From contig OY970166.1 of assembly GCA_963706595.1 (NCBI GenBank), positions 448,001 through 512,000 of the forward strand: a DNA stretch of 64,000 nucleotides, read 5' to 3'. The translations under genes and the position numbers were made by a program. Origin of the DNA: an uncultured cyanobacterium (lineage in GTDB: Bacteria > Cyanobacteriota > Cyanobacteriia > Cyanobacteriales > Nostocaceae). The notes under the pieces were generated by a model, which saw only the letters and a program-made list of their open reading frames with translations, was not told where the DNA came from and ran no database searches. The first letter of the stretch is position 1; each line of letters begins with the position of its first letter. Of the stretch, positions 42,809 to 53,373 are shown one piece after another.

Positions 42809-43987
42809 TCATAATTTACTAACGTTTGCTAACAAACTGAAATCTTCTTGCTTCATCCTGGCAGTGTCGGCACTCACCAGTCCACAAGCTGACACGGCGT
42901 GACTCGCCGCGTTTTTGAGATTAATTGCCGCGTTTAGATCCCTGTCACATTCAAACCCGCAATGTTCACACTTGAATACACGTTCTTTGAGTGATAGAGA
43001 TTCTTTCTTGACTCCACAGTGGGAGCAAGTTTTGCTGCTGGGATACCATCTATCAACTACTACCAACTCACTGCCATAGAGTTTAGTTTTGTACTCTAAC
43101 TGATGACGAAACTCATAAAATCCCATGTCAGCGATGGCCTTAGCTAGTTTCCTGTTCGCCATCATCCCAGACACATTTAGATCCTCAATTACTACAGTGC
43201 CGTGGTTCTTGGCTAGATAAGTAGTGAGTTTATGTAATGTATCTTTGCGGATATTAGCAATGCGTTGGTGTAGTCGTGCAATTTTAGATTGCGCTTTTTT
43301 CCAGTTAGCGGAACCTTTAACCTTATGGCGGTTTATCCATTGCAGTCTAGATAGTTTGGTCTCTAAAGTGCGGTATGATTTCGCGCCTTCAAACACTTCT
43401 CCAGTCGATAACGTAGCAAGATATTTAACACCCAAGTCAACGCCTACAACGTCAACTAGCGAATGCGTGTCTGTCGGCTCTACCTCAATCCGAAACGAGA
43501 TATACCAACGGTCAGCAGTGCGACTAATGGTCACGGACTTAGGCTGAACCTGGGGCAATCTCTCGTATGTTTTCAGTACGCCTAACTTGGGAACTTGGAT
43601 TTTGTGAGTACCACGAATTTTAATTGTTCCGTCTAACTCAAATGAGTCAGATTTTCCTTTCTTCTTGAACTTGGGAGCGCCTGATACTTTTTTAAAGCAT
43701 CTATCCCAGGCTGTTTTGAGCCTACGCAGTGCATATTGCGGCGCACACTTTGATACTTCAAAGTACCAAGGGTTCTCAGGCTTTACCAATGCTACCAACC
43801 ACTTATGCAAGTCAATCGCAGAGGGAAATTTAATTTTCTCCTCTGGATTGGCTTTATTGTGGTCGAGTATTTGCTTGGTTAAAGCTAGTCCCCAGTTCCA
43901 AGCGTGACGAGCTACGCCACAGTGTTTCAATAGTTCAGTGCGGTGATTATTGTTTAATTTGAGTTCTGTCTTAAATCCTAGTATCAT
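42809..43987 (-). CDS. tnpB: RNA-guided endonuclease TnpB
   Basis: GFKTEL..ARHAWNWGL; GVDLG / IEDL / DRDLNAA; CSHC..CEHC. Confidence 0.95.
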   Translation of the reverse strand: MILGFKTELKLNNNHRTELLKHCGVARHAWNWGLALTKQILDHNKANPEEKIKFPSAIDLHKWLVALVKPENPWYFEVSKCAPQYALRRLKTAWDRCFKKVSGAPKFKKKGKSDSFELDGTIKIRGTHKIQVPKLGVLKTYERLPQVQPKSVTISRTADRWYISFRIEVEPTDTHSLVDVVGVDLGVKYLATLSTGEVFEGAKSYRTLETKLSRLQWINRHKVKGSANWKKAQSKIARLHQRIANIRKDTLHKLTTYLAKNHGTVVIEDLNVSGMMANRKLAKAIADMGFYEFRHQLEYKTKLYGSELVVVDRWYPSSKTCSHCGVKKESLSLKERVFKCEHCGFECDRDLNAAINLKNAASHAVSACGLVSADTARMKQEDFSLLANVSKL

Positions 43988-44016
43988 CTACTTATTGTAC
44001 AGCATATTAGCAGACG

Positions 44017-44166
44017 ATGAAAGACGAAAGACGAATAACAATCAGGATTCCACAACAAGAACTAGATTGGCTGGAGGCGTACTGTGAGCAGGTGGCAAGA
44101 ACTAAAACTGATGTAATGCGTGAGCTTATTCGCGGCTTGTCAAGGAAAGTGAGGAAAAGTGAGTAA
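44017..44166 (+). CDS. 49-aa ribbon-helix-helix (CopG-like) protein, below the ORF-track cutoff
   Basis: MKDERRITIRIPQQELDWLEAYCEQVARTKTDVMRELIRGL; divergent from tnpB, 29 bp apart. Confidence 0.8.
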   Translation: MKDERRITIRIPQQELDWLEAYCEQVARTKTDVMRELIRGLSRKVRKSE

Positions 44167-44923
44167 TTGTTAGCTTATTGAGTGCTATTGATTAACCCTT
44201 AGCAGCCGATAATCCAACTGTGAAATTACCAATTTCTCAACTGGTAGGTCAACAATTCAACCTTTCCAAAAACAAGTGGAACCTCCGCCGGGGGGCAAAT
44301 TCTCTACTAGCTCCAGGTTCTGTAATTGCCGATGAGTACCGAGAATTTGCACAACGCCTGGAAAAAACCTTTCAATTAGTTTGGCAAGAACAACAACCCA
44401 TTGCTAGTTTTAACAATCAATCTGTAAGCGCAAGTTTAACTGACAGTGAACGAGTAGAAGTTACCTTTGCTGATGATTTATGGGTTGAAGGTAGTTCTAA
44501 CACTGAAGCTAACTTCACCACATTTACTGTTAATCATGCCATTTCCCAAAAAGATGTAACGCGATTAGCAGTAGCAGAGTTTGCCGAGGCTGGGGAAAAC
44601 CTCAAATTAAATATTGTCGATTTGGCAGCGAAATCAGCAACAATTCAAACTCAATTCCAGGTAAAATTCCGGGCGCAAGATAGATTTGGTGAATATTACA
44701 AAACCGTATACGAAGGAAATATTCCCAATCAACTTGTCACCCGTGACCATAACCGTTTTATCTTAGCTTTGGGGCAGCTAAAAATTCCTAATGATGCCCT
44801 ACGCCCTGGGGTAAAAGTTGATATTGAGGTGGTAGCTACCCGCACTTTGGGAGAACGTTCCGCAAAACAAACAATTAACTGGCGGGGTGCTATCCGCAAT
44901 CCTAGATGATATCTACCAAAAAT

Positions 44924-45499
44924 TTAGGAAGGTTTTTTGCCATCTGAAACAATCTGCGACAGTAGATTTCCTGTAAAATCTAGTAACTGATCCAGCAACA
45001 AACCAATAATCCCAATGTAAAGTACCACTTCAATGAGGGAATTAGCATTGCCAGCTTTATAAGCACTCCAAATTACAAATCCTAATCCTTTGGGTCCGAT
45101 CAACATTTCGGTAGCAATTACTGTAAACCATGCGATCCAAATGCCAACTTTCCAAGCATGAAATAGATGAAATATAGCGGCTCGAAAATTGTTTCTTTGT
45201 CTGCGAAAATGTTGCATACCTATGGCGGTATGAATAATCATCGACCAGAGAGTGCCAAAAAAAACGATAACTATAGTTGCTGGTTCAGTGTTATCTTCAA
45301 AGATTACGAGGGCAATAGGTAGCAAGGCTATAGGAGGGATACTATGGGGTATCTGAAATAACCGCTTTAATATTTGATAAATTGGGGTATTTATCCCTAT
45401 CAAATATCCCAATAAACTACCTAAAACTGCGGCGGGAATGTAACCTACAAACAATTTTTGCAGGCTGGCTAAAACATCTAAAAATATACTAGATTCCAT
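44924..45499 (-). CDS. ABC permease of the NrtB/SsuC type (orphan, short)
   Basis: IPPIALLP, WFTVIATEML..GLGFVIW, IGIIGLLLD. Confidence 0.8.
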   Translation of the reverse strand: MESSIFLDVLASLQKLFVGYIPAAVLGSLLGYLIGINTPIYQILKRLFQIPHSIPPIALLPIALVIFEDNTEPATIVIVFFGTLWSMIIHTAIGMQHFRRQRNNFRAAIFHLFHAWKVGIWIAWFTVIATEMLIGPKGLGFVIWSAYKAGNANSLIEVVLYIGIIGLLLDQLLDFTGNLLSQIVSDGKKPS

Positions 45500-45880
45500 G
45501 CCTCAGTGCTTATTTGTAACGTCTAGAAAATACTGCGGCAATCACAAAAAATAGCGGGTAGACAAACAGAAAGAAGATATTAAAGTCTACTTATATAGGA
45601 CTCCTATTTGAGTTATGAATTTATCCAACCGCCAAGTCGCCAAGCTCGCCAAGAGAAGAAGGAAAGAAGTTCACAAGTGAATTAGGACTGCTATAGTAAG
45701 TTTATCAGTAAACAAAAGCTGAGTTAAGAAATTAAATAAAATTTCTATAATTTATATGTGAGATTTTCTTAATGTGAAATGCCAAAAAATAATCTTAAAA
45801 ATAGGTTAAATATAATTTAATTCGATTGTGTAATAGCTCATCAGTGAACTGATTAATGTTCACTGATAACGACACCCAAA

Positions 45881-46456
45881 TCATTTTCCCAAATTACGCT
45901 TCATTTGTTCCAACTCATCTTGAGTTTCCCAACGGCGAAATTTTTCTTCCAAATCGTCCAATCCACTGGTATAACTGCTAGTGGGATTCCACCAGCCATC
46001 TGTTTCTATGCGCTGCTGAGTTTGGGCTTGAGTGCGGGCTGTCTGGGCTTCTGTGGCTTTGGCTTGCACTTCTTGTCGCCGCACTTGAATTTTTCGCAGC
46101 AGTTCTTGAGATTGGGCTATGCGTTCTTTTAAGCCCTGCATTTGTCCCCAACGCTTGTTTCCTTCGCGCAATAGGGCGGCTTCTCTATCCTGTGCGGCGG
46201 CGGCTAAATCCTGTCTACCAGCATTTTGGGCTTTTTGAACCCGAATATGCCAAAGCTGAATCTCTTGCGCCGTAGAGAGAATTTCGTCTTGCGATCGCTT
46301 CTCCTGTAATTTTAACTCTGCAATCAATTTTAAAGTATCTTCTTCTTGCTGCCGCAGCTGTTCTAAGAGCGCTTCTAACTCCAAATGTGGATTATTACGC
46401 AAGAATTCTTCTAAACGATTTTCTAGAAACCGACTTAAATCATCAAATAATCCCAC
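45881..46456 (-). CDS. TIGR04376-like (PspA-like coiled-coil) protein
   Basis: MGLFDDLSRFLE.RLEEFLRNNPHLEL; LEEKFRRWE. Confidence 0.8.
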   Translation of the reverse strand: MGLFDDLSRFLENRLEEFLRNNPHLELEALLEQLRQQEEDTLKLIAELKLQEKRSQDEILSTAQEIQLWHIRVQKAQNAGRQDLAAAAQDREAALLREGNKRWGQMQGLKERIAQSQELLRKIQVRRQEVQAKATEAQTARTQAQTQQRIETDGWWNPTSSYTSGLDDLEEKFRRWETQDELEQMKRNLGK

Positions 46457-46665
46457 GAATAGAACTCCAGAAGTTGAGTATTTAACTATTGTATTGTAAT
46501 AAACTTATCGGTGTACACTTGGCATTCTCATCGATTAGCTACTAAAGTGTCTAAATCAATGTTTATCTGTGGTGCCTGATTTTTTTGTCTCAACCCAATT
46601 GTAAAATGTTATTTTTTTAAGTCTAGTCGGCAAACAAAAGTTCAGGTAAGTTAATTAAGTAATTT

Positions 46666-47289
46666 ATGGCTAGACTATCCCACGAGTTACAACGCTATTT
46701 TTTTGACGAAGAACGCACCGCACACGTAACTTTAGCAGAGATTCTCCTCCTAGCCCAGGAACGAGTTTTTGGGTTTTTGCTGGTGATTTTGTCTCTTCCC
46801 TCAGCTTTACCGGTTCCTGCGCCTGGTTACTCGACTCCTTTCGGTGTGCTGATTTTTTTGCTGGCTATACAGATGATTTTCGGGGCAAAAATCCCCTGGC
46901 TACCCCAAAAAATGCTTAATCATCCCATTAAACTGGAAACAGTCCAGAAGTTTTTGCAGGCGGGAAATCCTTGGTTGCAAAAGATTGAAGCGATCGCTCG
47001 GCCGCGTTTGACCTATATTTGTACTACTTTACCAGGTAAAGTCACCATTGGCATGGCGATCGCCTTAATGGCCATTTCCATGATTATTCCCATTCCCGGA
47101 ACCAATACCCTCCCAGCCATCGGAGTTTTCGTGACTAGCTTTGGTTTACTTGAAGATGATGGTGCGATTAGCTTAGGAGGTTTAGTTATCTGTCTCATCG
47201 GGGGAATTTCCAGCATTTCAATTTTGATTGCAGTGGTTTGGGGTGGTTCTAGTCTTCTAGATATCATCAAAACTTGGTTGGGGCGTTAA
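46666..47289 (+). CDS. ExoD-family exopolysaccharide synthesis protein
   Basis: LSLPSALPVP, PWLP, PIPGTNTLPA, EDDG. Confidence 0.9.
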   Translation: MARLSHELQRYFFDEERTAHVTLAEILLLAQERVFGFLLVILSLPSALPVPAPGYSTPFGVLIFLLAIQMIFGAKIPWLPQKMLNHPIKLETVQKFLQAGNPWLQKIEAIARPRLTYICTTLPGKVTIGMAIALMAISMIIPIPGTNTLPAIGVFVTSFGLLEDDGAISLGGLVICLIGGISSISILIAVVWGGSSLLDIIKTWLGR

Positions 47290-47349
47290 TCTGCGAAAAT
47301 ACCACTAGAGGGGTATGGCATCAGATTACTAAACGTAGATAATATTGCC

Positions 47350-47889
47350 ATGACTGCCTTAAACATTAACCTCCACTTATTTCTGGAAAACCTGTTGTTT
47401 TTCCTCTGTGCGACCTCTTTTTTGATTGTTGTGGGTTGGGCGTGGAAACACGCAAAACCCTACAGAATTCCCGAACCGCTTCCGAGATGGTTTCAAGTCT
47501 GGTTTAGCACAGTACAAATACTGGGAGTATTGCTACCTTTGGTGGTAATGGTATTATGGGGTGTATTGTGGGGCTATACTTCCTTATTATCAGTAATTAC
47601 TTGGTATTTTGTGATGTTAGGGTTACAAATCCTCTCGGAAAGCATCTCATTAAAACTGTTTCACAACGTAGTTTGGGTAATGGTTCCCTACTTGTATGTG
47701 CCTTACCGCATCTGGCAAATGTACGAAGGTTGCACACTATTGGGTTCTGCAAGTCAACTCTGGTGGATACAAAGTTTGTTAATTTTAGAAATTCTACTCT
47801 GGACTGGTAACTATGCGTTAAATGTGTCACAACTCCCAAGATTGTTGGGCTGGGAATTCAAGCAAAACTCAGACCTTAGCCTCAATTAA
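47350..47889 (+). CDS. Hypothetical membrane protein
   Basis: 179-aa ORF with several hydrophobic segments. Confidence 0.7.
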   Translation: MTALNINLHLFLENLLFFLCATSFLIVVGWAWKHAKPYRIPEPLPRWFQVWFSTVQILGVLLPLVVMVLWGVLWGYTSLLSVITWYFVMLGLQILSESISLKLFHNVVWVMVPYLYVPYRIWQMYEGCTLLGSASQLWWIQSLLILEILLWTGNYALNVSQLPRLLGWEFKQNSDLSLN

Positions 47890-48323
47890 CCGGAAAAAAC
47901 TCGCTCAGTATTGCTGATATAGTCATAAATTTATGAAGTGAAATTGTATTCCAATTATCCAAATTTGAACATCCCTATATATAACATTGGAACTTTCGAT
48001 ACTTGTGATCATAAATCTGACCTTAACTCAATGCTAATTAACCTAAAACTGCCCCAAAATTGCAGAAAAAACAAAAATTAACCAAAGTGGTAAAAATGAA
48101 AAAATACTTGCATTTTGCATTTAATTCAGTTACAGTAAATTTATTAGTCTAAGAAACCTTTGCATATATCTAAGTGTCAGCGCTTTAGATGAGGTAAAAG
48201 GGCAAAATCAGCCTTATAAACGAGAACAATGCTGGTCATGTTTTGTTACTCAACCTGCTGATAACATTCATCTGCCGGAAGTAATCATACTTTTAGCTTG
48301 GTGTCTTATTTTTTTCCTTATTA

Positions 48324-48342
48324 ATTGAGAATTATTTGCAAT
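48324..48342. promoter_or_regulatory. Possible Fur box
   Basis: ATTGAGAAT-T-ATTTGCAAT, an imperfect 9-1-9 palindrome upstream of the sucrase-ferredoxin gene. Confidence 0.4.
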
Positions 48343-48758
48343 ATGTATTTCTTTTTTGATATATTAAAAATAAGTAGTGTCATAGAAACCTGGAACAGCC
48401 ATTGGACTAACAAAGCCATTTTCGTAGATGGTCATCGGCAAAAACAAACAATCTCTCTGATGAAGCACTTGCTGCATTTAAGATTAGTCATTTATTTCTA
48501 TGAAAATAAGTTCAGACAAACTAAATCTCAGCAAGTACAATTTTTTGTCCTCCTAGATAAAAAACAATACAAAACTCTGTTTCAAGTCACTGTAATATCT
48601 CTCTTAAGGTTAGTGAACTCTAATCTGGAGATTTTATTAATGAGAAAGAAATTTACTAAAAATGATGTTATAACGTGGCTACTTATTTTCACAGGTAAAT
48701 GCAGATTATTCTCGTTTATTTCTCTCTGTCCATAAAATTCACTAATGAGTAAATTTCA

Positions 48759-49736
48759 ATGAATACTTTTTTTTGTTCTGACCATGCACGAGAAGCAGGA
48801 GAAGATATTATTAGTAGTGCGACCAATTACGACACATATATTTTGGTTGAATGTCCTCAACCCTGGGCTTATGATGCTTTGCAATCTAAATGGGTCCCAA
48901 ATAATTTACAACTGCTAGTAGAGGAAGTCCGCCGGGCTAAATTATCCGTGAGATTTCTGTTAATTGCTAACAATTATTCACACAAAGTAGACTACACAAC
49001 CCTGCTGATATATCAAAAACGAGAGGGGTTGAGTCATGGATACCAAAAACATGAGTTCAAGTTACCACACATTGAACAAGTAGCGGGGGTGGTAAGAAAA
49101 TGTTTATCGAACAAAATCCCCGACCATAAAATAGAGACAGATATCACCAGAGATATTTTAGTATGTACCCACGGTAGCCATGATCAGTGTTGTGCGAGAT
49201 ATGGTAGTCCGTTTTATTTCCAAGCTAGTGCGATTATTGCTGACTTAGAATTGGATAATGTGCGAATTTGGAAATCAACCCATTTTGGTGGACATAGATT
49301 TGCACCAACAGCAATAGATTTGCCAGATGGCAGATATTATGGTGTTCTCAATCAAGAATCATTTCGGTCAATTTTGACCCGGACAGGTGATATCCAAAGC
49401 CTGAGAAAAGTGTATAGAGGCTGGGGAATTCTCCCAACTTGCGTGCAAATATTAGAAAGAGAACTAATGCTGCACCACGGCTGGAACTGGTTTAATTACA
49501 AAGTGTCGGGAAAAATTCTTCAGCAAAGTTTAGATAACAATACAATATTAGCTGAATTAAGTGTGGAAGAACCCTGTGGTTCTCTGTCTATTTATCAAGC
49601 AAAACTCGTTAAAGATACCACCAAGACACTAGAAATCAAAGGTTCTTGTAGTTCCAAAGAAAATTCCGTATTTGTCAAATATGCTGTAGAGAGTATCGGG
49701 CTTGTCTGTAAGAAAGTAGCAACTTGCAGTAACTAA
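48759..49736 (+). CDS. Sucrase/ferredoxin-like (thioredoxin-fold Fe-S) protein
   Basis: LVCTHGSHDQCCA..G, STHFGGHRFAPT. Confidence 0.9.
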   Translation: MNTFFCSDHAREAGEDIISSATNYDTYILVECPQPWAYDALQSKWVPNNLQLLVEEVRRAKLSVRFLLIANNYSHKVDYTTLLIYQKREGLSHGYQKHEFKLPHIEQVAGVVRKCLSNKIPDHKIETDITRDILVCTHGSHDQCCARYGSPFYFQASAIIADLELDNVRIWKSTHFGGHRFAPTAIDLPDGRYYGVLNQESFRSILTRTGDIQSLRKVYRGWGILPTCVQILERELMLHHGWNWFNYKVSGKILQQSLDNNTILAELSVEEPCGSLSIYQAKLVKDTTKTLEIKGSCSSKENSVFVKYAVESIGLVCKKVATCSN

Positions 49737-49826
49737 AAAGCCATTACAAAACAAGCCCAAAATCATGCCAAACTTTACTCAAAAAACCTCAGCGTTACTT
49801 AGCGTTACCTCAGCGCCCCTCTGGGT

Positions 49827-51707
49827 TTAAGAACCCAACATTTGCAAATTGTGTAAAGTTGCATATAGTCCCCCTTTTTCTAACAATTGTTCATGACTTC
49901 CTGCTTCGATTAATTCACCTCGTTTCAACACAAAAATTCGATTTACATTGCGAATTGTAGACAAGCGGTGAGCGATAATAATGGCAGTACGTTTCACTAA
50001 AAGTTGATTTAATGCTTCTTGTACTAAAGTTTCTGTACTCACATCTAAACTAGCAGTAGCTTCATCTAGCACTAAAATTTGCGGATTGCGAATTGCGGCA
50101 CGGGCAAAGGCTAAAAGTTGCTTTTGTCCACTAGAAATATTTGTACCTCGTTGTCGCAGTTGAGTATCATAGCCTTGGGGTAAATTTTCAATAAACTCAC
50201 CCACATTTGTTTTATTAGCAGCTTGTTGAATTTCCTCAAGGGTGTAATGGTCGCCTAAAGTAATATTGCTTTTGACATCACCAGCAAACAAAAAGCCTTC
50301 TTGCAAAATTACTGCCATATAGCGGCGTAAGTCTGCTTGTGGTAACTCCCGGATATCTATACCATCTACTAAAATGCGTCCTTGAGTGGGTTCATAAAGA
50401 CGACATAAAAGCCGAATAATCGAACTTTTTCCCGCACCTGTGGGACCGACTAAGGCGATTTTTTCCCCAGGATGAATCACGAAGTCTAAGTCTTTAATCA
50501 CATAATCATCGTCTTTGTAGGCAAACCAGACGTGTTCAAACCGAATTTCTCCTAATTCTGGAGTCGGATCGAAATCTTGGGATTCCATACTATTAACTAT
50601 TTCGTCTATGTAGCCGAAATTGGAATCAAAGATGGAAAAGCGAGGATTAGTACCATCACGGATTTCTATGGGTTCATCGAGAATGTCGGTAATCCGTTCA
50701 ATGGCAGTAAAACCAGCTTGAATGACGGTGAATTTTTCGGCAAAATCCCTTAAAGGGTCAAATAATCGCTGGGCATATAAAATAAATGCAGCTAATACCC
50801 CAAAGGTGAGGGCTTGATCTAAAAGTAACCAACCACCTAGTAAAAGTACGCCGGCGATCGCCACTAGCCCGATCCATTCCAGAGTGGCTGAAACAGCCGA
50901 ATCATAAACAATAGTTTGATCTACTTGCTTGGTGTAACGTTCGTTAGCGTGGCGAAACAAGTTAGCATTAAAACTTTCTCGTCGGAATAACTGTACGATG
51001 TTCATCCCCACGACATTTTCTTGTAACTGTGAATTTAAGCCAGAAAGTTCTTCCCGTGCTTTGTAATTGGCTTTGCGGTACTGTTGCTGAAAGTAAATAA
51101 TCAACCAAGTAATTGGCAGCAGCATCACTAGCAGCAAGCAAGCGAGTTTCCATTCAATGGAAAGCATGATCCCGATGATCACCAGCATGGTCAAGACATT
51201 GGAAATAATGCCAATCGCCCCAGTAGAAAATACATCTCCCAAGACTTCCACATCGCTGGTGAGTCGAGTAATTAATTTACCTATGGGTGTGCGGTCAAAA
51301 AAACGCACCGCTAAAGATGTGACATGATGAAATAAATCCTGGCGAATTGCTGCTGTGATTTTCTGCCCTAGCTTCTGTAGTAGATAACCCTGAACACCAG
51401 TTAATATCAGTCGGATCACAATGGCAATCAAGATTAATACTTGCAGGATATTTAACCCTTGCCATAAGGGACGATTCCTGAGAAATTCATAAGTGTTGGG
51501 TTCATTGCGAATCAGAGAAATCGCCTGTCCAATCAGCAATGGTTGGATGGCGTTGGCTAATGCTATCGGTATAAGTAGCACTAATGCCATTGTCAGCAGT
51601 TTGCCACTGCGACGGGCGTAAGGCAGTAGACGTAAAAATAACCGCCAGTCGCTGCTATTCGCGCGGTTGTTGGTATCGGATTTGTTTAAAGATTGGTAGC
51701 TGCTCAT
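49827..51707 (-). CDS. ABC transporter, fused permease and ATPase (MdlB-like)
   Basis: TM domain; GPTGAGKSS, ISSGQKQ, LDEATA, IAHRLST. Confidence 0.95.
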   Translation of the reverse strand: MSSYQSLNKSDTNNRANSSDWRLFLRLLPYARRSGKLLTMALVLLIPIALANAIQPLLIGQAISLIRNEPNTYEFLRNRPLWQGLNILQVLILIAIVIRLILTGVQGYLLQKLGQKITAAIRQDLFHHVTSLAVRFFDRTPIGKLITRLTSDVEVLGDVFSTGAIGIISNVLTMLVIIGIMLSIEWKLACLLLVMLLPITWLIIYFQQQYRKANYKAREELSGLNSQLQENVVGMNIVQLFRRESFNANLFRHANERYTKQVDQTIVYDSAVSATLEWIGLVAIAGVLLLGGWLLLDQALTFGVLAAFILYAQRLFDPLRDFAEKFTVIQAGFTAIERITDILDEPIEIRDGTNPRFSIFDSNFGYIDEIVNSMESQDFDPTPELGEIRFEHVWFAYKDDDYVIKDLDFVIHPGEKIALVGPTGAGKSSIIRLLCRLYEPTQGRILVDGIDIRELPQADLRRYMAVILQEGFLFAGDVKSNITLGDHYTLEEIQQAANKTNVGEFIENLPQGYDTQLRQRGTNISSGQKQLLAFARAAIRNPQILVLDEATASLDVSTETLVQEALNQLLVKRTAIIIAHRLSTIRNVNRIFVLKRGELIEAGSHEQLLEKGGLYATLHNLQMLGS

Positions 51708-51764
51708 AATAAGAGCATTATATTAATTTTTTCAACAGGAGAAACACGTTTTTTAATGTAGCAA

Positions 51765-51844
51765 AGTGGGGAGTAGGGAGTAGGGAATGGGGAGTGGGGA
51801 GTGGGGAATGGGGAGTGGTGAGTAGGGAGTAGGGAATGGGGAAT
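51765..51844. repeat. STRR heptamer array
   Basis: About 11 units of GGGGA(G/A)T variants. Confidence 0.92.
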
Positions 51845-51845
51845 A

Positions 51846-53249
51846 TTAAAGGCTACAACCTAAACTATCGCTAATTTCTGCAAAACTGATGAGTTTTAAA
51901 TGGTCAGGGTTAGCCATGAACTCTTTGGCGGCGATTAATCCGGCGATACTCCAAGTTTGATACAGTCGGGCTTCTCTGCCAATCAGACGACCATTTTTAC
52001 CATCGTAATATTCGGGGAATTTATCGTTAATTAACCTTTTTTCCACAATAGCGATCGCCTTTTCGGCCAGTTCTGGGCGACCGATTTTTTGAGCCGCTGC
52101 CACAAATAACCACAGCAAAACCGGCCAGTTACCGCCATTATGATAAGACCAAGCGGTATTTTTGGGGTCACAGCCGGTAGTCATGCGCCACTCTAAACCT
52201 TCTAAAGCCGGATAACAGATTTTAACAGGCATATAACCCATTAAATCGTGCCAGCGTTCAGCAAATAAATTCATGATGCTTTCAGATTCAGCATCGCTGG
52301 CTAAGGAAGACAAAATGGCCATGAGATTTCCTAAAGCAAAAAAGCGAAAATCCATCCTTCCAGGTCCAAGATTCCCCGCTAAATAGCCTCCTTCTTCAGG
52401 TAGCCACTCGGTTAACCAATGGGGAATTGATTCTGGGTAAATATTGAACTTGTTGGCGACTTCTTTACCAAACTCGTCACCTTTATAGCGATAAATTTCG
52501 CTCAATCGCTGGAGGTCGATCCAATAATAGTTGCGGACGTGATATTTCAATGCGCCTAATCGCCCATTCACCTTAGTGATGTAAGTAGCACTATCTTCAT
52601 TTGGTAACAACAATTCACGGGAGGCAATGAGAGCAGCATAAAATAGTACTTGTATTTCTAGTGGATGTTCGTAGACTCCCATGCGGCGATCAATCATAAA
52701 CGCGCCATCGGGAACCAAGATTGTCGGGTACATGGAAAACCGATGCACCAAACAAAGATCCAGAATTAACTTGATTCCCACTTGAAATTCTGGCTGACGC
52801 GCCAGTTCCACATCGCCTGTAGCTTTTTCATAAGCCCGGAGGAGGATAATCCACCACATACAAGAGTCTATAGGAGGAACGCGAGCGATCGCCTGTTCTC
52901 CAAAATCAGCTACTAAAAATTCTTCATCGCCATTGTGTTCTACTTTAAAACTAGCAGGCATTAATCCTGCACCGGGTTCAAAGCAGTCCATTTGCTTTTC
53001 ATGACTTTGTAATTTCAGTGTTTCTACTAAGAAGTTACGGACGATATCTGGTTTACCCGCGATCAGAAACACCAAAGCCGAAGGCACAAAATCACGGAAA
53101 AAGCACTGATCATAATTGAGTGCGTCTAATTCTGGATCATGGGCGGCTATTGTACCAATGGGTTGACCTTGGTAATAAATTATGGATTCTTCCAGCAGCT
53201 TCCAGGCTTGTGTATCTAGCTGGCCGTTCTTGTCAATTGCGCGAGTCAT
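51846..53249 (-). CDS. invA: Alkaline/neutral invertase (GH100)
   Basis: [41 protein letters not shown]; start set at ATG 53249. Confidence 0.9.
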   Translation of the reverse strand: MTRAIDKNGQLDTQAWKLLEESIIYYQGQPIGTIAAHDPELDALNYDQCFFRDFVPSALVFLIAGKPDIVRNFLVETLKLQSHEKQMDCFEPGAGLMPASFKVEHNGDEEFLVADFGEQAIARVPPIDSCMWWIILLRAYEKATGDVELARQPEFQVGIKLILDLCLVHRFSMYPTILVPDGAFMIDRRMGVYEHPLEIQVLFYAALIASRELLLPNEDSATYITKVNGRLGALKYHVRNYYWIDLQRLSEIYRYKGDEFGKEVANKFNIYPESIPHWLTEWLPEEGGYLAGNLGPGRMDFRFFALGNLMAILSSLASDAESESIMNLFAERWHDLMGYMPVKICYPALEGLEWRMTTGCDPKNTAWSYHNGGNWPVLLWLFVAAAQKIGRPELAEKAIAIVEKRLINDKFPEYYDGKNGRLIGREARLYQTWSIAGLIAAKEFMANPDHLKLISFAEISDSLGCSL

Positions 53250-53373
53250 ACAATTTTGGATTTGGGATGTTAGATTTTGGATTGACCCGACGGATAAATC
53301 CATACATCAGCAGTCGAGGAAACGCTATCAAGAGCGATCGCAGTTCCTATCCAGGATATCACTACAAAAATTC

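Larger units (their letters stand above)
42807..44198 (-). mobile_element. Non-autonomous IS607-type element (tnpB plus small RHH gene, no recombinase)
   Basis: Right end ...TGAACGG, GG/CC core at both junctions, periodic TCAATA-like repeats at the left end, in-frame empty site. Confidence 0.8.
42735..44909 (+). pseudogene. Secreted hypothetical protein gene (about 260 aa) split within its signal peptide
   Basis: Joining 42806 to 44199 gives MHRSFRRKLTLLLTFSLFTTLLPA|LAADNPTVKLP in frame with ORF 44220-44909. Confidence 0.8.

Noticed and set aside
42807..44198. IStron (group I intron plus IS607)
   Set aside because: The element is filled by tnpB and the RHH gene, tnpB is antisense to the host gene, and there is no room for an intron core
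48325..48735. 136-aa ORF
   Set aside because: TTG start without SD, composition typical of AT-rich intergenic DNA, no motif
53250..53303. Longer invA start at 53303, and likewise the ccdA extension to 58939
   Set aside because: Both extensions run through repeat sequence; downstream ATGs fit the family N-termini better
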